A stretch of DNA of 64,000 nucleotides from an uncultured bacterium (GTDB lineage Bacteria; Patescibacteriota; Minisyncoccia; Moranbacterales; GWC2-37-73), in the NCBI GenBank assembly GCA_903851135.1, contig CAINNK010000014.1, positions 37,574-101,573 of the forward strand. Direction: 5' to 3'. Every line of letters begins with the position of its first letter. The stretch's first letter is position 1. The notes under the pieces were generated by a model. It had not been told where the DNA came from, ran no database searches, and saw nothing but the letters and a program-made list of their open reading frames with translations. The position numbers and the translations under genes are program-made. This document shows, piece by piece, positions 39,654 to 49,825 of the stretch.

Positions 39654-39790
39654 TTAGAACTTATGCGTTTGATCGAAAATTACTTACAACCGGTTTTCTT
39701 AGCGAGAGAGCCTTGAAGTAGACCAGGGGCAGCCTTCTTAGCAAAGAAATTACGCTCTAGGAATTTGAGAGCAGGCGCATAAGTCCTAAT
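39654..39790. mobile_element. MITE-like element E1 with ~19-bp terminal inverted repeats
   Basis: Left ATTAGAACTTATGCGTTTG / right CAGGCGCATAAGTCCTAAT (16 of 19 complementary); no ORF. Confidence 0.55.
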
Positions 39791-39923
39791 TGTTTTAGCA
39801 TAACTTCTGTTTCAAAAAAACGGCAGTGATTTTCAAGTTTTCACCACCGCTTGAATGTGTCAATATTAACAAAATATAGCTAAAAAATCAAACTCTTGTA
39901 TGTTTATCAAGAATTTTTTTCAC

Positions 39924-42371
39924 TCAAAGCTCTATCTTGATTTTCTCCCCATTTGATGCTTGCCCAGCGATGATTTTTTTGGCCACCAAGTTTTCCACCG
40001 TGTCTTCAATATAGCGATTGAGAGACCTGGCTCCAAAAATTGGATTATAACCTTTTTCAATTATTTTTTCCGCAATATTTTCCTCAAAATCAATTTGAAT
40101 ATTTTTCTCTTTGTCCAAACGATTGGCAAAATTCTGAAGTTTCAGCCAAACAACATCAATAAGCTCCTTTTGATTTAGCGGTCTAAAAAAAATAACCCCG
40201 CTAAAACGATTCAGAAATTCCACCTTGAAAATGTTATTTTTAACTGTATAATCAATCACGGCTTGTTTAATTTGCTCAGCTTTTTCCTGCCCTTCAACCA
40301 TTTTTTTGATGAGCGCAGCTCCAGCATTAGAAGTGGCAATAATCATGCAATTACGGAAATTTATTTTTTCGCCAAAAGCATCAGTCACAAAACCTTCATC
40401 CAAAATTTGCAAGAAAATATCCAAAATATCCGGATAAGCTTTTTCAATTTCATCCAGCAGCAACAAGGAATAAGGATTGTCCTTAATTTGCGTCACCAGC
40501 CTGCCTTGCTTGTTCAATTGACTTGAACCCAAGAGTCTGTCGATGGAATTTGGCGTTTGAAATTCACTCATATCCAAACGAATCACATGCTTTTCGTCAC
40601 CAAAATAAACTTTGGCCAGCGCTTTGGCAGTTTCAGTTTTTCCAACTCCGGTTGGGCCCAGGAATAAAAAGCTTCCGATTGGTTTTTCATTGTCGCCAAT
40701 TCCACTACGCGCTCTTCGCAGCGCCTCCGCCACTTGGCTGACGGCTTGCTCCTGCCCAACCACCTGACGATGCAAGGTGTTTTCCAATTTCAAAAGTTTT
40801 TTGCGCTCACTGTTGTCAATGCTACCTTGTTTGATTCCGGTTTTGAAAGATAAATAGGCATCAACAGTTTTTTCAGTAACAAATTGTTCAGTCGGTTCCT
40901 TTTCCCAAAACATCAAGGTGTCCATCATCAAATCCAGAGCTCGTTCTGGCAGTGGAACACTCCAATTATGCTTGGATGAACTGCTGACAATTTCTCTTAG
41001 GGCGCCATAAGTAAACAAAACTTTTTTTTGCTCATATTTTTCCAGCTGTTGCTGCATGATTTCAATAGCTTCTATTTCCGACGGCTGGGTAACTTCAATT
41101 ATTTCAAAATATTTTACGAGTTGTTGTTTTTTTTCGATCAATTGATGATATTCTCCAGGAGTTGAAGTACAAATCAAATGAAAAGAAGGCATTGCCAAAA
41201 AATCAACCAACACGGCTGAAACATCCGGATGAAGCAGATTACCTTCTCCGCCCAAATAGTGCTCAATGTGCTCAATAACCAAAATAATGTTGCCGGCCCA
41301 AGCTGCTTCATGAAAAACTACGCGCAATTGATTTTCAACATCTTGTCCGCGATTGATTGCGTCAGAAATCACCCGACCAAGATCAAGCAGCATGATCCTG
41401 GCATTCTGAAACAAGTCTTGAGCTTGTCCGGTTCGGATTTCGCGGGCCAAACCATGAATCAAAGTTTTTCGACCAATTCCGGCATTACCAACCAACAGGG
41501 CGCAATTTTGATCCGGTCTGGTTAAAATCAATTTCAAAATTTCGCGCTCGCTACTTCTGCCAATCAATTCAGCCTTGGCATATTCACTTGCGTCAACCTC
41601 AGATAAATCATGAGCGTAGCGGTCCAAGTGAACCGTGTAGCCATAACGCCATTGCATGCCAATAGGAATGACTCTTTTCAAATTTTCCCAAGTCCAAAAT
41701 TCTTTCTCCGCTTTTTGCTGTTGCATGCGCACCAGTTCCCATTGTTTAATTTGTTGATATTCTGCCAGCGTAATGCCGCGGATCTTCAAAAATTCAGTGA
41801 GCATCGCCTGATTTTCCAAAATTTCCCCTGGAAAATTTTTGCCAACCAGGCCCAAGCGATTGCAAATTCTTTCAAACATGGAGTGCTTGATAAATTCCGC
41901 TCCAATCATTTCCAAAAGTGGAGTGGCCGTATCATACTCATAACAAAAAAGCGTAAAAGCTATCCAAGCCAAGAGCGGGACAATTGCAATCAAATTAAGC
42001 TGCCCTCGCAAAATTAAACTCAACAAAAAAATCACCAAAAATGGTCCACAAATCCAAAGTAACACTGCGCCAAGTCCGACAGCAAAAACTGCAACAAAAA
42101 AAATCAAGCCGATTGAAATCACTACCAAGCGCACAATCAACCCGATCAAACGTGAAAAAAAATTTTCAATCAACATCTCGCTTGAACGAAGAGGATTCCA
42201 ACCTCGCCAATTGCGGATTTCAACGTCTCGATGCCAAGGAGCAAAAAGGGTGAGCAAAAGTTCAGCCACGGAAAAATAACGCCAACTGAAAAACAAAAAG
42301 TTTTTCCAAATTTCCAAGACCTGTTGAAGACCTTTATTATAATACCAAGCGAAAAAAAATGGACGTTTCAT
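39924..42371 (-). CDS. membrane-anchored ClpB/ClpC-like AAA+ ATPase (degenerate D1, intact D2)
   Basis: About 170-aa N-terminal hydrophobic region with 4-5 helices. D1 has GNAGIGRKT (inserted R in Walker A) and VIEHIEH in place of DExx. D2 has GPTGVGKTE and LLLLDEIEKA plus a ClpB-like C-terminal small domain. Confidence 0.7.
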   Translation of the reverse strand: MKRPFFFAWYYNKGLQQVLEIWKNFLFFSWRYFSVAELLLTLFAPWHRDVEIRNWRGWNPLRSSEMLIENFFSRLIGLIVRLVVISIGLIFFVAVFAVGLGAVLLWICGPFLVIFLLSLILRGQLNLIAIVPLLAWIAFTLFCYEYDTATPLLEMIGAEFIKHSMFERICNRLGLVGKNFPGEILENQAMLTEFLKIRGITLAEYQQIKQWELVRMQQQKAEKEFWTWENLKRVIPIGMQWRYGYTVHLDRYAHDLSEVDASEYAKAELIGRSSEREILKLILTRPDQNCALLVGNAGIGRKTLIHGLAREIRTGQAQDLFQNARIMLLDLGRVISDAINRGQDVENQLRVVFHEAAWAGNIILVIEHIEHYLGGEGNLLHPDVSAVLVDFLAMPSFHLICTSTPGEYHQLIEKKQQLVKYFEIIEVTQPSEIEAIEIMQQQLEKYEQKKVLFTYGALREIVSSSSKHNWSVPLPERALDLMMDTLMFWEKEPTEQFVTEKTVDAYLSFKTGIKQGSIDNSERKKLLKLENTLHRQVVGQEQAVSQVAEALRRARSGIGDNEKPIGSFLFLGPTGVGKTETAKALAKVYFGDEKHVIRLDMSEFQTPNSIDRLLGSSQLNKQGRLVTQIKDNPYSLLLLDEIEKAYPDILDIFLQILDEGFVTDAFGEKINFRNCMIIATSNAGAALIKKMVEGQEKAEQIKQAVIDYTVKNNIFKVEFLNRFSGVIFFRPLNQKELIDVVWLKLQNFANRLDKEKNIQIDFEENIAEKIIEKGYNPIFGARSLNRYIEDTVENLVAKKIIAGQASNGEKIKIEL

Positions 42372-42404
42372 ATTTTATTTTTTGTAATTTTTTGTTTTTA
42401 CTTT

Positions 42405-42558
42405 TAGGACTTACGCGCTTGCCTTTTGAGGACCATGTTTGAAGGCGACTACAATTTCTAATATATAAATATTTAAATTATGTGTCAGGACCTTCTTTTT
42501 GGTACGAGCTATGAGCGCCGGAAAGTGGACCGGAAAAAGGTAAACGCGTAAGTCCCAA
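42405..42558. mobile_element. MITE-like element E2 (same family as E1)
   Basis: Left TTAGGACTTACGCGCTTG / right AAACGCGTAAGTCCCAA; an internal GGTACGAGCT..TGAGCGCC block resembles family-1 blocks. Confidence 0.55.
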
Positions 42559-42747
42559 CGTTTTCAAGAAATATTTTACTCTCTTAATTTATTTTACCTC
42601 AACAAAACACGCTTTGCAAATGAGAAAAATTTCAGTATAATCAAGATAATGAATCCGGCAGTGAGAATTCAAAAAAAGGCCAGATTTCGTTTTTTAAGCA
42701 AGCAAAACGGTATTTATAATTAATTAGATTCTGGGAGTTAAACTCCT

Positions 42748-44565
42748 TTGAATTTCTACTACTGGATGAATAAACAACAATTACCGCAAACCGACTACTA
42801 TATCTTTACGACCAAGTCTCTCTTGTGGCTTGTTTTTGGTTGGACAGCTTTCTTGCTCACCCTGGCTGGCTTTTTTTATACCTGGCTCGTTTGGGCTATT
42901 TTTCTAGCCGGCGCAGCCGCTTTGACTTTTCATTTGATCAAAAGAAAGTCTGGCCTGAAAATTTCCAAAGAATTACTTCTGGTAAGCATCGGTCTGGTTA
43001 TTTTTGTCACAGCTCTTTCTTTCTTTGTAACCCCGACTGTTTTTTCCGGACGAGACCAGGGTTCAATCAGTCAAGCTGCCGCCGAACTTGCGCAAAATCA
43101 CACCCTGACCTTTGCAACGCCTGCTAGTGATGCCTTCTTTAAATTGCATGGCGCTGGGCGCGCACTCAATTTTCCTGGCTTTTTCTACACCAGCACCGGA
43201 GAACTCACCACGCAGTTTCCGTTGGTCTACATCTCTTGGCTAGCTGCTTTTTACGGAGTGTTCGGCACGCTTGGTTTTATCGTTGCCAATGCTGTTCTTT
43301 CACTCTTGTTTTTATTCACTTTTTACTTTTTAGCCAGATTTTTCATGCCAATGAAAGGTGCGCTCATTGCCATTTTGTTTGCAAGCACCTCACTTTCCGT
43401 TTTTTGGTTTCCCAAATACACTCTGAGTGAAAACCTGGCTTTGCCGCTTGTGTGGCTGGCAATTTTTGCCACACTTGTTTTCTTGAAAAAACAAAACAGT
43501 TTGAATCTATTGCTATTGCTAGCGGCTTCAATTTTGCTCATTTTCACTCGCATCGAAGGCATCGCTTTTTTTCTGGTTTGCGCCTTTATCGTTTTTTACA
43601 ACAAAAATACTCGTGCCTATCTAAAGAGCTTACTGGATTGGAAATTTTTTGCCTTGTTGGGTTTTCTTTTTCTGGTTTTGCTAGCCAACACTTTTCGAGA
43701 CATCAATTTCTACAAGGAAATAGTCAAGGCTGTTATTCCACCAATAATTCCGCCTCAAGCAACTTCCCTGGGAGAAGTTGGTGACCCAACTGTTTCAAAT
43801 TTTTATCTACTTAAGATTTTCTATCTTTACGGCCTGCTAAGTTTTTTTATCATATCAGCCATTGCTTGCATTTTTTACGCAAGACAAAAAAATACAGCCA
43901 AACTTATTCCTTTTTTCATAGTCGCCCCAACTTTGATTTATTTTTTCAATTCACATATTTCACCGGATCATCCTTGGATGTTGCGCCGGTTTGCTTTTTC
44001 ACTTTTACCTGGAGCAATTTTCTATTGCGCTTTGCTCATCAGTGATTGGCAAAAATCATTAAGTGCAGCCAAAACAAATCCAATATTCAAACTAGCGCCA
44101 GCAATTTTGACTATTGTTTTAGTGATTGGAAACCTACCGGCTTTTCTGAATTTTGCAACTTTTTCTGAAAACAAAAATTTGCTCAGTCAAACCGAAAATT
44201 TAAGCCAGCAATTCTCTGCCAAAGATTTAGTCTTGATTGATCGACTAGCAACCGGCGATGGTTGGTCCATGCTTGCCGGGCCAATGAATTTTCTGCAAAG
44301 AAAAAATGCAGTTTATTTTTTCAACCCCGATGACCTTTCCAAGCTTGACCTAAAAAACTTTGAACATATTTACCTTGTTGCTCCAGACAATGAAATCGCC
44401 TATTATACCAATAGCACTATTGGTAGCCGATTGACCGTAAACAACCACTACACCCTTGCAACAGCTCGCTTAGAATTAGGTCCGGAGGCAAGCAGCTTGA
44501 TGAATATTTTCCCAGCAAAAAAGTTAGTCAGTTCAGCTATTACCGTTTTTAATGTTTCAAGATGA
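42748..44565 (+). CDS. polytopic membrane protein (GT-C-like glycosyltransferase / O-antigen-polymerase-like candidate)
   Basis: 605 aa with more than 12 hydrophobic helices; sits in a glycan locus; no sharper motif. Confidence 0.4.
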   Translation: MNFYYWMNKQQLPQTDYYIFTTKSLLWLVFGWTAFLLTLAGFFYTWLVWAIFLAGAAALTFHLIKRKSGLKISKELLLVSIGLVIFVTALSFFVTPTVFSGRDQGSISQAAAELAQNHTLTFATPASDAFFKLHGAGRALNFPGFFYTSTGELTTQFPLVYISWLAAFYGVFGTLGFIVANAVLSLLFLFTFYFLARFFMPMKGALIAILFASTSLSVFWFPKYTLSENLALPLVWLAIFATLVFLKKQNSLNLLLLLAASILLIFTRIEGIAFFLVCAFIVFYNKNTRAYLKSLLDWKFFALLGFLFLVLLANTFRDINFYKEIVKAVIPPIIPPQATSLGEVGDPTVSNFYLLKIFYLYGLLSFFIISAIACIFYARQKNTAKLIPFFIVAPTLIYFFNSHISPDHPWMLRRFAFSLLPGAIFYCALLISDWQKSLSAAKTNPIFKLAPAILTIVLVIGNLPAFLNFATFSENKNLLSQTENLSQQFSAKDLVLIDRLATGDGWSMLAGPMNFLQRKNAVYFFNPDDLSKLDLKNFEHIYLVAPDNEIAYYTNSTIGSRLTVNNHYTLATARLELGPEASSLMNIFPAKKLVSSAITVFNVSR

Positions 44566-44679
44566 TTTTAAAATAAAAGGATACCCTAAAAAAACAAGCC
44601 AGTAAAAATGTTAAGCAGTAAATTCGGAATTCTTAAAAACACAACTTACACATAACCCAAATTATCTTCACCATACTAT

Positions 44680-46011
44680 ATGATCAATCTCACCAGGAAA
44701 GTAATTTTGCAAACGAAATGGAAAAAAATTTATCTTGCCTTAAAAACTCTCCTATACGTTAGTTTCCTCTTGACTGCTTTATTCGTAGTTTATCAAATTT
44801 TATTCCCAGAAATATCATTGGACTATTCTTTTAGCAACGTAAATTCACTCAAAAATACTTTATTTTCAGCTCGCACAACTTCTCAAAATCCAGCCAAAAA
44901 TGGAACAGTTGGTGGCAATGACACCCTTTCCTTTGATGCTAATCCCTTGGGAAATTTTGAAGATGCCAAGCTAAACTTTGTTTTGAATAAAAATTCAGCA
45001 ATTCCCAAAAAAATATCAGTCAAAGTCCGCAAATCTTATAGCGCTTTTTTCTATCCCCAGACAACACCACTTGGTTTTGCAAACGGTTCGCTTTTGAGTG
45101 TTAACGGGGTTTATTATATCATTTCCAATGGAAAAACTCGTCAGTTTGTTTCCGGATCAGCCTTAGATCAACTCGGGTATTCCAGGTCAGCTTTTTTGCG
45201 AATTTCCCCAACTGATCTAAAGTATAATCCACCTGGAGAAAACATTTTAAACGCTGATTCTTATCCTGACGACACCCTCATAGTCATTGGCAATCAATAT
45301 TATCAATTTAAAAATCAACAACTCATCCCCTTTGTGAGCGAAAGAGCTTTCCTTTCAAGATATCAACCCACTCAAGCTATTCCTAAAAATGAAGATTTTC
45401 TAAAAGACAAAACCGTTTCTGAAAATTTTGTGGGTTTTGCAGATGGAACTCTGGCATCTTCCGACCAGTCAGTTTTTATTCTCAGCAAAGGCAATAGTTA
45501 TCCTATTGCCGATTCAGCGACTTTTGTCGCAATGGGATTTGATTGGAATAATGTCCTGTCTTTAACTCCGGCAGAAATCAATGCCTACAAAAGACAAAAG
45601 CAATTCACTATCAACCAACCTCATCCGGATGGAACACTCTTTTACGATAAAAATGAAGATAAATATTTTTTCATAGACAGTGGCTTTAAATATCCAATTG
45701 AAAATAAACTAATTGCCAGCACCTACACTAAAGTTTCGCCCGTGCTAATAAATACTGAAAGCCTCGAACAAAATATTTCTTGCAGCCCAACCAAAGCGCC
45801 CCTGACATTTCGTACTTTCACTTGCCAACTTAGTCTCAACAGCATAGATAGCTTGCTTGGTAATGACTACCAATTCGAAACAAGTTTTGGAAATGACGTG
45901 AAATTAGCATCAGTCAATGTTGTTTTCTACACAAAACTCAATCAAACAAATGTCCTGAGCTCACTTTCCATCATTAAAAACCGTCTCCAAAACAACTATG
46001 TCAAAAACTAA
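44680..46011 (+). CDS. membrane-anchored hypothetical protein
   Basis: 443 aa, single N-terminal TM helix, large extracytoplasmic domain. Confidence 0.4.
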   Translation: MINLTRKVILQTKWKKIYLALKTLLYVSFLLTALFVVYQILFPEISLDYSFSNVNSLKNTLFSARTTSQNPAKNGTVGGNDTLSFDANPLGNFEDAKLNFVLNKNSAIPKKISVKVRKSYSAFFYPQTTPLGFANGSLLSVNGVYYIISNGKTRQFVSGSALDQLGYSRSAFLRISPTDLKYNPPGENILNADSYPDDTLIVIGNQYYQFKNQQLIPFVSERAFLSRYQPTQAIPKNEDFLKDKTVSENFVGFADGTLASSDQSVFILSKGNSYPIADSATFVAMGFDWNNVLSLTPAEINAYKRQKQFTINQPHPDGTLFYDKNEDKYFFIDSGFKYPIENKLIASTYTKVSPVLINTESLEQNISCSPTKAPLTFRTFTCQLSLNSIDSLLGNDYQFETSFGNDVKLASVNVVFYTKLNQTNVLSSLSIIKNRLQNNYVKN

Positions 46012-46447
46012 CAATCACTTACAAACTTTTTACACAACCCAAGCTAAAATAAAAAGTCTCTGGGCAAATAGGAATTTCCTAACTTTGATATATAAACTTT
46101 TGCACGACGTTCTCTTTATTTTGCTTTTTTCTTTCACTGGAATTTTAGTAATCGAAGGATTACTTCCCGGTCTAGCAAGTTCCCATCTAAGTTTAGCCAG
46201 ATTAGCAATCGCCTTAGTTACGATTTTGGCGGGCATTGTTTTTCTTGGGAAAAAGCTTGGCTATGAATATCCGAAGACCAGATTAAACAAAAGCAAATTA
46301 CTTCCAATTTTAATCACCATTTCATTTTTGCTGCTAGGCAATTCCCTTTTACGATTCAAACTCTGGGAAAATATCATCATCACGATTTTAACTTTATTCG
46401 TGTTTGTTCTCTTTTATCATCTGCTCATGTCCAACAAAACTGAATAA
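45998..46447 (+). CDS. hypothetical membrane protein
   Basis: 149 aa, 4 hydrophobic helices; overlaps the upstream gene by 14 nt. Confidence 0.35.
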   Translation: MSKTNNHLQTFYTTQAKIKSLWANRNFLTLIYKLLHDVLFILLFSFTGILVIEGLLPGLASSHLSLARLAIALVTILAGIVFLGKKLGYEYPKTRLNKSKLLPILITISFLLLGNSLLRFKLWENIIITILTLFVFVLFYHLLMSNKTE

Positions 46448-46544
46448 CAAGACAAGAAAAAATAGCATCATTGGAATGCTATTTTTTCTTGCAATTTTTC
46501 AAGCTTTCAAATAAGTATTAGATTATAAGCAATTCACGGCTTCA

Positions 46545-46720
46545 GCTAAAGATTGCCTCTAAATTTTTACGAACTTGTTTGATTTTTAGACCATTGAAGC
46601 GACAGTTTCTCTGAGTCATTGGCCATTGATTTCGGCCAAGAGGAGCGCGCCCAAAAATTAAACAAGGGAAGTAAAAATTTCTAATTTAGTTTTCGAGAAT
46701 CATAATTTACGCATGACCCC
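46545..46720 (+). repeat. intergenic repeat family 1, copy B
   Basis: See copy A; adds an AGCGCGCCCAAAAA block shared with copy C. Confidence 0.7.
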
Positions 46721-46738
46721 GAGTATTACTCAAAAACC

Positions 46739-48628
46739 TTAGTCAAAAAAAGCGATAAACCAATGTTCCAACATAATAAGTGACCACAGTTTTTGTGCGT
46801 GACTGATCTTGGTGTTGCAATGTTCATCAAGTAGTCTCTCCACTTCTTCTTTTTTGAAAATATTGCGACTATTGGCCTTGTCAGACAAAAGCAGTTTGTA
46901 AGCATAGTCTTTCAACTCGCCACGCAGCCAGCTTTCAATCGGAACCCCAAATCCCATCTTCTTGCGATAAAGAATGTTTTTAGGGATAAGATCTTCCAGC
47001 GCTTTTTTGAGAATGTATTTTTTATTGCTGAGTCCTTTGATCTTAAACTTATTCGGAATCTTAGCCGTCAGTTCCAAAAATTCATGATCCAAAAAAGGAC
47101 TGCGTGATTCCAAAGAAACCGCCATGGTGTCAATGTCAGTTTTGGCCATCAAGTCATCTGGCAAATAAGTCATGAAATCAGCAAACAAAGTTTGATCAAG
47201 TTTATCTTTGGAACCAGAGTGCTTAAATTGCTCAGCGATAATGCCATAGGAATTAATCTCCGAAATTTTTTGTCTAAACTCATCGTTATAAATTTTATTC
47301 TTGGCTTCGTTTGAAAAAATGCAAATATAGTTAGCGTAACGATAATTGTATTTATCTGCCATTGTTTTGGCAAACCACTTCACTCGCTGAAAAAAAGTAT
47401 TTTTGAAAAGCAAAGCTGCCAGCCTGGCTAGCGGTAATATGATAATTTTGTGGATCAAAGAAAATTTTTCATACCACAGCGCAAATTTTTGGATACTATG
47501 ACGCTGATAGCCAGCAAAATTCTCATCACCACCGTCACCATTAAGCGCTACCGTCACAAAATCATGCGTTTCTCGACTGACATAATAAGTTGGCAAGGCG
47601 CTTTTATCAGAATATGGTTCTTCAAAATGTCGAGCTAGCAGCGGCAAGATTTTCACAGCTTGAGATTTGACCACAAACTCAGTGTGCTGGGTTTTGAATT
47701 GATTGGCAATTTGTTTGGCGTATTCCAACTCGTTGTACTTTTCTTCTTCAAAGCCGATGGTGAAAGTCTTGACCGGCTCTTTGCTAAGCTTGGTCATCAA
47801 GGCCACCACCGCACTGGAATCAATGCCACCAGAAAGAAAAGCCCCGATCGGCACATCGGAAATCATGCGAAGCTTGATTGATTCTTCCAATTTTTCCATA
47901 ATACGCTTTTTCCACTGATTTTCAGAAAGCTGCAACTTCTGGGAATAATCCAGCTTCCAATAACATTGCTTTTCGGTTTGTTTAGTTTTTAAATCTACCA
48001 AAAGCCAGTGAGCTGGCTCAAGTTTTTTGATGCCTTTAAAACCAGTCAGTGGCGCCGGACAATATTGCAAAGTCAAAAAATGATGAATCGCCAGATAATC
48101 AGGTTCTTTTTTGTATTCCGCTTGGGTCAAAATCGCTTTCAACTCTGAAGCGAACATAAAAACATTTTCATCTAAATAATATTTGAAAGGCTTTTTACCA
48201 ATCCGATCTCGCACACAAAAAACGGTTTGTTCTTGTTGATCATAAATGGCAAAAGCAAACATTCCGCGCAAATGCTGCAGGCATTCTTTGCCAAACTTGG
48301 CATACAAAGCCAAAATAACTTCCGTGTCGGATTTTGATTTGAACACGTAGCCGTCTTTTTCCAGCATTTCCCTCTTCTCTTGAAAATTATAAATTTCACC
48401 ATTAAAAACTATTTGATATCTTTCCAAATAGCTCATTGGTTGATGTCCCAGCGGAGAAAGATCAATAATCGAAAGTCTACGATGCCCTAAACCCACCTTT
48501 TTATCTGCTGAAATATAAACCCCACCATCATCTGGACCGCGATGAATAATAGCCTGATTCATCTTTTCGATGTCATTTTCCAAAACAAAATCCCCGTTGA
48601 AATATATTTTTCCCGTTATTCCACACAT
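46739..48628 (-). CDS. asnB: asparagine synthase (glutamine-hydrolysing) / amidotransferase
   Basis: Start at MCGITGK (Ntn Cys2). SGGIDSS PP-loop. The ORF-track N-terminal extension overlaps repeat D. Confidence 0.85.
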   Translation of the reverse strand: MCGITGKIYFNGDFVLENDIEKMNQAIIHRGPDDGGVYISADKKVGLGHRRLSIIDLSPLGHQPMSYLERYQIVFNGEIYNFQEKREMLEKDGYVFKSKSDTEVILALYAKFGKECLQHLRGMFAFAIYDQQEQTVFCVRDRIGKKPFKYYLDENVFMFASELKAILTQAEYKKEPDYLAIHHFLTLQYCPAPLTGFKGIKKLEPAHWLLVDLKTKQTEKQCYWKLDYSQKLQLSENQWKKRIMEKLEESIKLRMISDVPIGAFLSGGIDSSAVVALMTKLSKEPVKTFTIGFEEEKYNELEYAKQIANQFKTQHTEFVVKSQAVKILPLLARHFEEPYSDKSALPTYYVSRETHDFVTVALNGDGGDENFAGYQRHSIQKFALWYEKFSLIHKIIILPLARLAALLFKNTFFQRVKWFAKTMADKYNYRYANYICIFSNEAKNKIYNDEFRQKISEINSYGIIAEQFKHSGSKDKLDQTLFADFMTYLPDDLMAKTDIDTMAVSLESRSPFLDHEFLELTAKIPNKFKIKGLSNKKYILKKALEDLIPKNILYRKKMGFGVPIESWLRGELKDYAYKLLLSDKANSRNIFKKEEVERLLDEHCNTKISHAQKLWSLIMLEHWFIAFFD

Positions 48629-48660
48629 AGCAAATTCAAACTTAAAAAGTGACTTAGAAT

Positions 48661-48785
48661 TTTTACAAGCTTGCATCCTTTTTTGAGCACGCACTTAGCC
48701 TAAGACTATGACTAAGCGCTCTGAATCGCTGTCGCTCATATGGCCAAAAAAGAATGCAAGCTTGTAAAAATGTTGCTGAAAAGAA
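48661..48785 (-). repeat. intergenic repeat family 1, copy D (inverted, truncated; bounded by 16-bp inverted repeat)
   Basis: Reverse complement ATTTTTACAAGCTTGCATTCTTTTTTGGCC.TGAGCGACAGCG..CAGAGCG matches blocks 1-4. TTTTACAAGCTTGCAT (48661-76) and ATGCAAGCTTGTAAAA (48758-73) are inverted copies. Confidence 0.55.
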
Positions 48786-48825
48786 ATCAATAATTTTCAA
48801 AACTATAAATTAAGTATAACCTTAT

Positions 48826-49770
48826 TTAGTTTATATTTTTCTTTCTCACGACATATATCGGACGACCAATAACTTCTTTGTGAATATTGGCAACATAAAG
48901 AGCCAACAATCCGATTGAGGTCAGCAGGATTCCCACTAAAAACAAAATCAAAATGGCTAGATTCTCAGAATCAGAAAAAGTTGAAGCAAATTGCGTATGA
49001 AAAAAATATTTACCCAGCAAAATGTAGAAACCCGAAATACCGGCAAAAGTGGTAATAATTATCCCGAGATAACCAGCCAACTTGAGCGGCACTAAACTCA
49101 AGGAAATGAAACTATTCATTGCTAGACCAAACAATTTCCAAAAACTATAGCTAGCCGTGCCGTGAAGTCTTTCATTGGCATCAAAATAAACATAGTCACG
49201 CTTGAAACCCAACCAATCAATGAGCGCCCTAGTCATGCGGCTTGATTCTGTAAAACGATTAAACTCCTCTACTACCACCTTATCAATAAGTCTAAAGTCA
49301 GTCGCGTTTGGAACCACTTTCACTTCGGCTATTTTATTGATAATACTATAGAACATTCTCGAGCCAATTTTTTTCAACCAAACGTCACTCTTACTTTTGT
49401 TTCTAACTCCAACTACCACCTCAGCGCCTTTTTCCCATTTGGTAATAAACTCCGCAATAAGCTCCACGGGATGCTGCATATCAGCGTCAACCATAATACA
49501 AGCATCAGCTTTACAACTATTGATTCCAGCAGTGGTAGCTACTTCTTTGCCAAAGTTTCTTGAAAAATCCAAATATTTAACAGTCTGATCAGAGCTAGCC
49601 AGTTTTTCAATTTCACCAAGTGTGTTGTCCTCGCTGCCATCGTTGACGAACAAAATTTCAAAGGCATACAAACTTGCAAAAGGCGCAAAAACCTTTTTAA
49701 GGGCATCATACACCGGCTGAATATTTTTTTCTTCATTATAAGCCGGGATGACAATAAGAATTGATTTCAT
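48826..49770 (-). CDS. GT2 polyprenol-phosphate glycosyltransferase (GtrB/ArnC/DPM1-like)
   Basis: VIPAYNEE...VNDGSEDNT...DADMQHP plus two C-terminal TM helices. Confidence 0.8.
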   Translation of the reverse strand: MKSILIVIPAYNEEKNIQPVYDALKKVFAPFASLYAFEILFVNDGSEDNTLGEIEKLASSDQTVKYLDFSRNFGKEVATTAGINSCKADACIMVDADMQHPVELIAEFITKWEKGAEVVVGVRNKSKSDVWLKKIGSRMFYSIINKIAEVKVVPNATDFRLIDKVVVEEFNRFTESSRMTRALIDWLGFKRDYVYFDANERLHGTASYSFWKLFGLAMNSFISLSLVPLKLAGYLGIIITTFAGISGFYILLGKYFFHTQFASTFSDSENLAILILFLVGILLTSIGLLALYVANIHKEVIGRPIYVVRKKNIN

Positions 49771-49825
49771 AGGGTTAAATTAAAAAATGTAAGCTTTCAT
49801 TGGATCATACTTAATTTATAGTTCT

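Noticed and set aside
48629-48694. N-terminal extension MRAQKRMQACKNSKSLFKFEFA of the asnB ORF
   Set aside because: It is encoded by repeat copy D and its inverted-repeat arm. Glutamine amidotransferases must begin Met-Cys, so the real start is MCGITG at 48628.
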